From: Candidatus Cloacimonadales bacterium
Lineage (GTDB): Bacteria > Cloacimonadota > Cloacimonadia > Cloacimonadales > JAFGVF01
Direction of reading: 5' to 3'
DNA length: 64,000 bases
NCBI GenBank assembly: GCA_963678315.1
Contig: OY782781.1
Coordinates: forward strand, 2,848,001-2,912,000
Positions 28,638 to 36,282 of the stretch are shown here, one piece after another (positions within the stretch are counted from its first letter, which is position 1; every line of letters begins with the position of its first letter). A program made the translations under genes and the position numbers. Under the pieces are notes generated by a model that saw only the letters and a list, made by a program, of their open reading frames with translations, was not told the origin of the DNA and did no database searches.

Positions 28638-28830
28638 CCCAAATAATGCACTAGGATTTAAAAAATAGCACTATATTATTCCTGTGAGGGCGTAGCTTTA
28701 GCGAAGACTCATGGCAAGAATAACTTCCATAATCTCAACTAGAATATATATTATTCAAGCTTCGATTCTGTAAGATATTTTGCTGAAAGAATCTGCACTA
28801 TTTCCATAAAGCCTAATGCATCATCTGGGT
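28638..28830 (-). repeat. 163-bp stem-loop repeat, copy 2 (carries a 31-bp insert; interrupted by the intron)
   Basis: Colinear with copy 1 apart from 28681-28711; its final T and the TTA flank are at 26730-26727. Confidence 0.85.
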
Positions 28831-28905
28831 TAAAGGAAAAGACTTTAATAACAATCTTTTAGATTTTTATCTTTTCTAAAGAGCAAAATCACTACTTCAG
28901 ACAAA

Positions 28906-29976
28906 TTATATAATCTCTTTTGTAATATACTTTGAGTTCATAAGATGAAGTAATCCCATATAATCCATATGAAATTCAAGCATATCACCTACTTTGTAAT
29001 TAGATTTATTATCTCCAATATCAATAACAATCATATCAGAGCTAGCACCCACAAATACAATATCTTTATCATCAGACCAAATATGTTTTTCATTTACATC
29101 AAGTAATCCTAGATTAATGATAGCACGATAGGATGTTTTACCAAGATCCTTAGCATCAAATTCATAAGATTTACCTTCAACATTAGTGCCCATTTCTCCA
29201 TTAGGAACAACAGGTTTTTCTGAAAGTTCAATTATTTCTGCATGTAGTTTAAAAATATCATTATGCATGCCTTTAATCAGCTTTTCATTATAAATATCTG
29301 TTCCAAAGAAAAGAGTTTCTCCAACTCTAAAATGATTTATTCCTCTAGGAAGAGTATTGTTCAAAATCAGTGGAATAACAACAGAAGAACCGCCAGATAC
29401 AAAAGGTATCAGCCTGTTGAATTTAGCTTCAATCAACTGTTCATAAAGACATAACTGGATCAACTTATCAGGATTGGGAAGCACTCCATATAAGCAAGAG
29501 AAGTTCGCTCCTATACCAACAACTTCTATATTATCGAGTTCGAACACACCTTTATAAAAATCAAGAAATTCCTCCCTTACAACTCCTTCTCGCAGTTCTC
29601 CAAGTTCAATCATAATTATAACTTTGTGAGTTTTATTTTGCTTTTTTGCTTCTACTGAAAGAGCATATATGGTTTCATACTCTGTATTGATAGATATATC
29701 TGCAAATTTAACAACGTCCTGAATATCTAGCATTGATGGAGGTTTTATATAGAGAGTTATAACGTTAGGGTCAATTTCTTTTATCATTTCAAGATTACTA
29801 AGTCTTGAATCACAAACCTGCTTAGTTCCAATTTCAATCAATACTTCTAGAAGTTGTTTATGTCCACAAAGAACTTTTGATACAATAGCCCAGTTTATGT
29901 CATTTTTGGTAAACAATTTATCCAGATATTTAAAGTTATCTTGTAACTTCTTCTTATCCATACTTAAATATGCCAT
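28906..29976 (-). CDS. Alanine/ornithine racemase-family PLP-dependent enzyme
   Basis: VSKVLCG (PLP Lys), DSRLSN, MIELGELREG, SGGSS, RVGE, GASSDM. Confidence 0.85.
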   Translation of the reverse strand: MAYLSMDKKKLQDNFKYLDKLFTKNDINWAIVSKVLCGHKQLLEVLIEIGTKQVCDSRLSNLEMIKEIDPNVITLYIKPPSMLDIQDVVKFADISINTEYETIYALSVEAKKQNKTHKVIIMIELGELREGVVREEFLDFYKGVFELDNIEVVGIGANFSCLYGVLPNPDKLIQLCLYEQLIEAKFNRLIPFVSGGSSVVIPLILNNTLPRGINHFRVGETLFFGTDIYNEKLIKGMHNDIFKLHAEIIELSEKPVVPNGEMGTNVEGKSYEFDAKDLGKTSYRAIINLGLLDVNEKHIWSDDKDIVFVGASSDMIVIDIGDNKSNYKVGDMLEFHMDYMGLLHLMNSKYITKEII

Positions 29977-29977
29977 T

Positions 29978-30427
29978 TTAATCCCTCACTAGTCTCATTT
30001 CAGCATATTTCTTAACAAATCCTACCTTTTCATACAAGAACTTAGCAGGGTTATCTTCCTCAACATGAAGAGCAATATTGCCATCACAAACCCTTTTTGC
30101 TTTGTTCATGAGTTGTTTACCAAATCCCATACCTCTACAATCATGTTTAACTGCAATATATACCAATATAGTTTCAGGAATATAACCTTGCATACCTGTT
30201 TTGTTTAAGACCACTACTCCCTTGATTTCATTATCATGGTAAGCAATAATTATTTTTCCTCCATAGCTATCTTTATCAAAAACATAGTTTATTGCTTTCA
30301 TAATATCAGCTTTGGGGTCTCCATATTGTTCTAAATTGTGATATAAAAAGTTAGCTATTTCTTCTTTATTATCTTTGTCCAAGTGTGTATCTTTGTCAAC
30401 AACATTAAATACAAGTTCTGTATTCAT
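29978..30427 (-). CDS. GNAT N-acetyltransferase
   Basis: YIAV..DCRGMGFGKQLM, LHVEEDNPAKFLYEKVGF. Confidence 0.88.
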   Translation of the reverse strand: MNTELVFNVVDKDTHLDKDNKEEIANFLYHNLEQYGDPKADIMKAINYVFDKDSYGGKIIIAYHDNEIKGVVVLNKTGMQGYIPETILVYIAVKHDCRGMGFGKQLMNKAKRVCDGNIALHVEEDNPAKFLYEKVGFVKKYAEMRLVRD

Positions 30428-30620
30428 TAAATCTCCTTTTCTTATTCTTATTGATTGAAAAATAATAATTTAGGCATGTCAACTCTTTTCTTGTTTTTTT
30501 TGAATTAAGAACAAGTTAACTTTTTCTTGTTAAAAATAATCTTTCACAGTGGATAATATATTGACACTTATTTCAGATCTCTTTTCTTGAATGGAAAATA
30601 ATTATTAACATAGAGGTATT

Positions 30621-31472
30621 ATGAAGACTTTTCTAGAGTGTATCCCTTGCTTCATGAAGCAGGCTCTAAAATCAGGCAAGATCGCAACATCTGATGAGGT
30701 CAAGATAAAAGAAATTCTTAACAGAGTTGGTAAAGAAATTGAAAATATACCACTGGAGAATACTCCTCCTGAAACAGGTAGGCTTATTTACAGAATCGTA
30801 TCAGAAGTGACAGGTTTAGAAGATCCTTATCATGATATAAAGCAAAACAATATTAAGCATGCTCTAAAAGTTTATCCTGAATATGAGCAAAAAGTAAATG
30901 ATATTGAAAACTATGATGAAAGGCTTGAACTTGCTATAAGAATCGCCACAGCTGGTAATGTTATTGACTTAGGAGTCGATAGAGTATTTGATTTGCAGAA
31001 AGATATTAATGAAGCGATAAAGGTAGATTTTAAAATCTGGGACTTTGATATTTTTAAAGAAAAACTAGCTCAAGCTGAAAATATCTTATATATTGGAGAT
31101 AATACTGGAGAAGCTGTCTTCGATAGAATTCTCATTAAACAGGTAGGCAAGAAGGTAACTTTTGCTACAAGAGGAATCCCAGTTCTTAATGATATAACAA
31201 TCAAAGAAGCTAAGCAACTTAATATCGATAAATTAGCAGAAGTAATTTCATCTGGTTCTAGCTGTCCAGGAGCTGTGACAAAGTACTGCAATGAAAACTT
31301 TATGCAGGTCTTTAATAATGCTGATTTAGTTATAGCTAAAGGACAAGGAAACTATGAAGCTCTCTCAAATGAAAATAGAGATATCTTCTTTTTAATGAAA
31401 GCTAAATGCCGTGTTATTGCAGAAGATGCAGGAGTTGAAGTAGAAGATTTTGTATTAGAGTACAAAAACTAG
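30621..31472 (+). CDS. DUF89/ARMT1-like damage-control phosphatase
   Basis: ECIPC, DPY..K, AGNVID, DNTGEAVFD, LNDIT, AKGQGNYE, KAKC. Confidence 0.9.
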   Translation: MKTFLECIPCFMKQALKSGKIATSDEVKIKEILNRVGKEIENIPLENTPPETGRLIYRIVSEVTGLEDPYHDIKQNNIKHALKVYPEYEQKVNDIENYDERLELAIRIATAGNVIDLGVDRVFDLQKDINEAIKVDFKIWDFDIFKEKLAQAENILYIGDNTGEAVFDRILIKQVGKKVTFATRGIPVLNDITIKEAKQLNIDKLAEVISSGSSCPGAVTKYCNENFMQVFNNADLVIAKGQGNYEALSNENRDIFFLMKAKCRVIAEDAGVEVEDFVLEYKN

Positions 31473-31492
31473 TTTATCTTTGTTATTCTTAT

Positions 31493-31535
31493 AAAAGAAA
31501 AAGCCGAAAACTAAACTTAGTTATCGGCTATTTTT
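31493..31535. terminator. Bidirectional terminator between convergent genes
   Basis: AGCCGA.AACTAA / TTAGTT.TCGGCT stem flanked by A and T runs. Confidence 0.7.
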
Positions 31536-31550
31536 AACAATTATATATGT

Positions 31551-32963
31551 TTAGAAGTAAAGGTCTCTTTCACCTTTAGCTACACGTTCTAACTTTTGGA
31601 TAAGTTCTTTTTGCACCTTTTCATCAGGTATATTTTTCACTTCTTCATCAACAAGTTTCATCACAGCTTCTCTTGTTTTTTCTGAAGAGTAATCATGAAC
31701 ATATTCTGAAACTGTTAGGATAGCGTTTGGTGTACAGAATCTTTTAACAAAACCCGGTATAGCAAATTCCATGAAGTGCTCACCTGTTCTACCTAATCTA
31801 TAACAAGCAGTACAGAATGATGGTAAGAAACCGTGAGTAGCAAGCTCATGAATAACATCATCTAAAGAGCGTTGATCACCAAGTAGGAATTGTGATTTTT
31901 TGAAAGCATCTTCATCTTTGTGTGAATAGTCACCGATACCGATACTTGATCCAGCATCAATTTGTGACACGCCAAAAGAAATAACTTCATTTCTGATTTC
32001 AATAGATTCTCTAGCTGTTAAAATCATTCCTGTATAAGGAACTGCTAATCTGATAATAGCTACTAACTTTTTGAAATCATCATCAGAAACAGCATAAGGA
32101 GGTTGCTCAGTAATGTCAGTATTATTAGCTGGTTCAATTCTTGGGAAGGAGATTGTATGAGGTCCTACATTATACTTCTCTTCTAAGTGAATAGTATGAT
32201 AAAGCAAGCCCATCACTTCAAAACGCCAATCATATAAGCCCATTAAAGCACCGATACCTAAATCATCAATACCTGCTTCCATAGCTCTATCCAGACCATG
32301 AAGTCTCCAAAGATAGTTTGATTTTGGTCCTCTTGGATGGAATTTTTTATATGATTCTTGGTGATAAGTTTCCATAAAGATTTGGTAAGTTCCAATACCT
32401 GCTGACTTCACCACTTTATAACCTTCAACATCAAGTGGAGCAGCATTAATATTAACACGTCTAATCTCCCCTTTACCCTCTTTAGTTTCATAAGTTTTTA
32501 GAACTGTGTCTCTAATAAACTCTGGAGAATACATTGGGTGCTCACCATAAACCATAATAAGTCTTTTATGACCTTTTGCTTCTAAAGCTCTAACTTCTTC
32601 TTCTAATTGGTCCATTGTTAAAGTATCACGATGAGTCTCTTTATTAGAACATCTAAAGCCACAATATGCACAATCATTGATGCATTCATTACCAACATAC
32701 AGAGGAGCAAAAAGAACTATTCTATTCCCATATATCTTCTCTTTAAGAGCTCTAGCACCTGCATAAATCTGTTCGATTAGTTCTTTATCGTTACAATTGA
32801 TAAGAGTTGCTGTCTCTTCAGGACTAAGTCTATTTTTGTTTAAAGACTTATTGATAATTTCTTGAACTCGTTCTTTAGTAGGGTTTGCAGTTTTTTCTAA
32901 TAAATCAAAGATTTCTTCTTCAGGGATGAAAGATTTTAAACCTTCTGTGTCAATTTTAACCAT
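31551..32963 (-). CDS. hydG: [FeFe]-hydrogenase H-cluster radical SAM maturase HydG
   Basis: YGNRIVLFAPLY, CINDCAYC, IRRVNIN, GPHTISFPRIEPA, C-terminal PSFCTACY...FCTPNA auxiliary-cluster motif. Confidence 0.93.
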   Translation of the reverse strand: MVKIDTEGLKSFIPEEEIFDLLEKTANPTKERVQEIINKSLNKNRLSPEETATLINCNDKELIEQIYAGARALKEKIYGNRIVLFAPLYVGNECINDCAYCGFRCSNKETHRDTLTMDQLEEEVRALEAKGHKRLIMVYGEHPMYSPEFIRDTVLKTYETKEGKGEIRRVNINAAPLDVEGYKVVKSAGIGTYQIFMETYHQESYKKFHPRGPKSNYLWRLHGLDRAMEAGIDDLGIGALMGLYDWRFEVMGLLYHTIHLEEKYNVGPHTISFPRIEPANNTDITEQPPYAVSDDDFKKLVAIIRLAVPYTGMILTARESIEIRNEVISFGVSQIDAGSSIGIGDYSHKDEDAFKKSQFLLGDQRSLDDVIHELATHGFLPSFCTACYRLGRTGEHFMEFAIPGFVKRFCTPNAILTVSEYVHDYSSEKTREAVMKLVDEEVKNIPDEKVQKELIQKLERVAKGERDLYF

Positions 32964-32990
32964 TGTTACCTCAATATTTATTTTTTTGTT

Positions 32991-33239
32991 TTATATTTTT
33001 AAGCTTGTAGATTTTACATTTACTGATGAAATCTGCCCTAACTTACCAGTAAAAGCACCTAATTCATCGTTAGTTAAGTTGATAATTACAAATATAATTG
33101 AAACATTTTTATCTGGGAATGGGTAACCAACTCGCAGAACTATTGAGTCAGCTAAGTTATGAAGAATAGATGAGACTTTGCTGAATGAGCTCTCCCTATC
33201 ATGTACAGTAATCGTAACAGTTCTAATACTTTTTTCCAT
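32991..33239 (-). CDS. TM1266-family iron-only hydrogenase system putative regulator (ACT/NikR-C-like)
   Basis: About 82 aa; VSSILH...IVLRVGYP...GAFTGKLGQI..V.VKS; directly upstream of hydG. Confidence 0.8.
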   Translation of the reverse strand: MEKSIRTVTITVHDRESSFSKVSSILHNLADSIVLRVGYPFPDKNVSIIFVIINLTNDELGAFTGKLGQISSVNVKSTSLKI

Positions 33240-33371
33240 AAAAAAACTCCACCACAAGGGTGGAGCTAAAATTTATATAATAATCCTATTATAATCTTGG
33301 CTTATCTCCATCCCTTGAACTTAGTAATATTTACCTTAATCTCAGGATTTTGTAATTCTTTATAATCCAAG
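33240..33371 (-). promoter_or_regulatory. Structured 5' leader with terminator/SD-sequestering hairpin (candidate riboswitch or attenuator)
   Basis: CTCCACC/GGTGGAG stem + T7 directly before the ATG; upstream GGGATGGAG is complementary to CTCCACCC; enclosing helix 33362-33371 with 33296-33305. Confidence 0.6.
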
Positions 33372-33478
33372 CAAGCAGATGTTATTCCTTTTACTTCGAT
33401 TTATTATTAAATTAATTTATTAAGTTTAAATGTCAATATTTATTTTATCGATTTCGATAATTATGAAGCTTTTACTAT

Positions 33479-34249
33479 CTACCAACCTGTTACTAGCAAC
33501 CTTTTGGCTGCATTAAGTCCACATTTCTGATATTTATGATAGGCTTGAGCTGCTCTAAGCCTAATTTCCTCATTAGTCTCACCAAGAATCCAGCCATCAA
33601 GAGCACTCTTTAATGTATATGCTTCTGGAGCCATATAACCTGTAGTCCATAACAGAGGGAAAGCACCAGTTTTTCTGAGATTCTCATTAAAATATATCTT
33701 ACTTTTACATGACAAGATAATAGTTTCAATATTGTTTGTTATGTTTTCATTCATATTACAATTTATTTGAAATTCCATTAATCCATCATGCCCAATATAA
33801 GCCACTAAATCTGACTTACCACCAAATGCTATATTAGTAGAATCTACAACAATAGATGTATCAAAATTCTTGTTTGAAGCATACATAAAATCGCTTATAG
33901 CCTCTTTAATATATCTTCCATCATAGGCATCTGCTAAAAGATAGGTTCCGCTATCCTTATGCTTAAAAACAATGCGTTCTAACACATGTTTCTTGGGATC
34001 TTTAATCGTTTGAAAAAGTTCCCATTCGTCACTTCTTTTGAAATAAGTTTTTACTCCATACAAAGCTCCCCAATACATGTTGTTCCTGGCATCTTGTCCA
34101 TTTCCAATCAATTCCGGGACTGGAATTATACCTTGATGAACATTGTCACAAAGTGCGACAAATACATGAATTTTACGGTATTCTCCAGCCTTAAGAATAG
34201 AAGGGACTAGAAGCAACATTACTATAACAAACCAAAACATTTTCTTCAT
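33479..34249 (-). CDS. Secreted hypothetical protein
   Basis: Signal peptide, AGGAG RBS; HVFVALCDN..QGI.PVP..IGNG, YIGHDGLM motifs. Confidence 0.7.
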   Translation of the reverse strand: MKKMFWFVIVMLLLVPSILKAGEYRKIHVFVALCDNVHQGIIPVPELIGNGQDARNNMYWGALYGVKTYFKRSDEWELFQTIKDPKKHVLERIVFKHKDSGTYLLADAYDGRYIKEAISDFMYASNKNFDTSIVVDSTNIAFGGKSDLVAYIGHDGLMEFQINCNMNENITNNIETIILSCKSKIYFNENLRKTGAFPLLWTTGYMAPEAYTLKSALDGWILGETNEEIRLRAAQAYHKYQKCGLNAAKRLLVTGW

Positions 34250-34392
34250 AATATCTCCTAATACTACTTTTTTGTCATAATTTCTATGAAAACATTAGCA
34301 ACAATACTACATACATATTCAAACTCTTTTACTCTAAATTCCCTACAAATAAACAATATTTATGGTTAATTTTAGAAGCAAAAAGCTAATCT

Positions 34393-34782
34393 TTATTTCT
34401 TCTTTGTGCTATCAGGAATGTTAAAATAGCTAGCATCGAATCTATCACTACCTACCCACAAATCAATCTTAGTTCCGCTTTGAGTCCTAGTAACATCAGC
34501 ATGTTTAATTTGCCAGCCTATAAGATTAAGTCGGGCTGCTCCTAGCATATCAGCTCCACTCATGCTTCCGTAGTATTCAGCAAGTTCAGGCCGTGTACCA
34601 GTATTTAGTGCTTTAGTCATATCTTCAAGTTCTTCATCAGTACGTATGTTATTATCCACAACAGCCAGGTGCATTCCATCCTCTTCTTGATGAAGAGAAA
34701 TCACCATTCTACGTGGTTTTGATTCTAATATATAGTTAGATATTTCTCCAATAATATGGAGTAAGTATTCTTTACTTTGCAT
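34393..34782 (-). CDS. Hypothetical protein co-transcribed with the DUF1576 gene
   Basis: AAGGAG RBS, 12-bp gap; RPELAEYYGSMSG motif. Confidence 0.65.
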   Translation of the reverse strand: MQSKEYLLHIIGEISNYILESKPRRMVISLHQEEDGMHLAVVDNNIRTDEELEDMTKALNTGTRPELAEYYGSMSGADMLGAARLNLIGWQIKHADVTRTQSGTKIDLWVGSDRFDASYFNIPDSTKKK

Positions 34783-34794
34783 AGTCTTATCTCC

Positions 34795-36042
34795 TTAAAT
34801 CTTTTTTGTTCCCTTAAACCATTGAATTATCGCCACAAAAAGTGTCGCTGTTAAACCACCAGCGAAACCATTATTATACAAATCTAAGCCACCGTGCCAG
34901 GCTGCACTTCGTTCTACAATGGATAAGTGAACAAAACCTGCTAATACACCTAAAACAGGTCCAAACTCTCCACTTATCGGAGCTAATGTTGTAACAAAAA
35001 GAAATGCTAAGACTGGTCCTGGAGCATTTAAATCTTTTCCATAAAGAAGGCTAGCTATAATTACGCCTAACATACAAGGCCAGACGTTTTTGAGGTGTTT
35101 ACCAAAAGTTGCAAAGCCAATGACAGTAAAAAGTCCGCCTATAACTGGACCATTCAAAGGTGCTTCGATTATTAATAGGTAAGCAGTTCCCAGGATGCCT
35201 AGTAGTCCTGCATTAACATAGGCTGCACCAGGTGACACTGAGTACATGAAATCAGTAGGTAGTCGACCAGATAATCTCATGATTTTTAGAAGGTTCCGTC
35301 CCAGTTTTTTACCATCCATTAATGCACCCCAGACAATTAACAACAAAGAAATAGCTGGAGTAAGAAGAATTAAAGCTAAATGAGCTTCAGTATTCCAGAT
35401 TACCTTAATTCCAATATCTTGTTTAGCTCCTACTAAGAAAGAAGCAAAGAACAAGGCTAAAAATCCACAGGTCAGACCAATGTTATAAAGGTTAAATCCT
35501 TCATGCATACGTAACATTGCCATACCTAAAGCAGGCAAGACGAAGCCAGCAATAATACCACACAAGATACCAAGTGCTATAGCTAAAGGTCCTGTAAAGC
35601 CTGATTCAAAGATTAAATAAGAAACTAAAGGACCTAATGCTGTTCCAAAGAGAGCAAAGAGTAAGTATGATGAAAAAGTCTTTCTACTTACCTTGCTGGC
35701 TATAAATACACCTACAACAATAGGTATTGTGTTCAAAGGTGTTTTACCAAAAAGACTGAATCCCACTACTGTGAAAAAAGCTGCGATGGTAGGTCCAGAT
35801 AGACTAACTTTACTCAATTTTATCAGTAGTAGAGTCAGAAAGCCCATTATTCCTGCATTTAGAAGTGCTCCACCGACTCCTCCAACGACAGTAAAATCAT
35901 TGATAAGCCTTGCTGCATGAGCTTGTAGACTTAGAAATCCTTTGATAGAAGGAATCAGACCATCCGAAGCAATCCCTAATATAGTAATTCCTAAAGCACA
36001 AATAATCATGAGCAAGTAGCTTTTCTTTTCATAAGCAAGCAT
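34795..36042 (-). CDS. DUF1576 family multi-pass membrane protein
   Basis: Internally duplicated: RLINDF..GFSLFGK..GFNLYNIG and RLPTDF..GFATFGK..GLDLYNNG. Confidence 0.8.
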   Translation of the reverse strand: MLAYEKKSYLLMIICALGITILGIASDGLIPSIKGFLSLQAHAARLINDFTVVGGVGGALLNAGIMGFLTLLLIKLSKVSLSGPTIAAFFTVVGFSLFGKTPLNTIPIVVGVFIASKVSRKTFSSYLLFALFGTALGPLVSYLIFESGFTGPLAIALGILCGIIAGFVLPALGMAMLRMHEGFNLYNIGLTCGFLALFFASFLVGAKQDIGIKVIWNTEAHLALILLTPAISLLLIVWGALMDGKKLGRNLLKIMRLSGRLPTDFMYSVSPGAAYVNAGLLGILGTAYLLIIEAPLNGPVIGGLFTVIGFATFGKHLKNVWPCMLGVIIASLLYGKDLNAPGPVLAFLFVTTLAPISGEFGPVLGVLAGFVHLSIVERSAAWHGGLDLYNNGFAGGLTATLFVAIIQWFKGTKKI

Positions 36043-36282
36043 AATATTAAATATTCCTTTCTTTATACCATTTAATGCAATAAACTATACTGAAATACTG
36101 CATCAATTTGGTTAATGGTTACTATCATACTTACAAAAGTTATGGCTAAACCTAGATGATGTCAAGATTTATCAGTACATTTTTAGATACATTCAAATTC
36201 AATTAATTCATAGTTATCAAGTATATTATTCTTGACAAGTTATAAAAAGAGATGTCTTATTGCTTCAATTTTGGAGGTAAAT

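Noticed and set aside
28352..28654. Two short + strand ORFs (28352-28654, 28398-28646)
   Set aside because: Antisense to the intron's 5' ribozyme domains; best explained as chance frames.
31551..32963. Calling this gene thiH
   Set aside because: Length, the C-terminal CxxC..C auxiliary-cluster motif and the TM1266 neighbour indicate HydG; no thiamine genes nearby.
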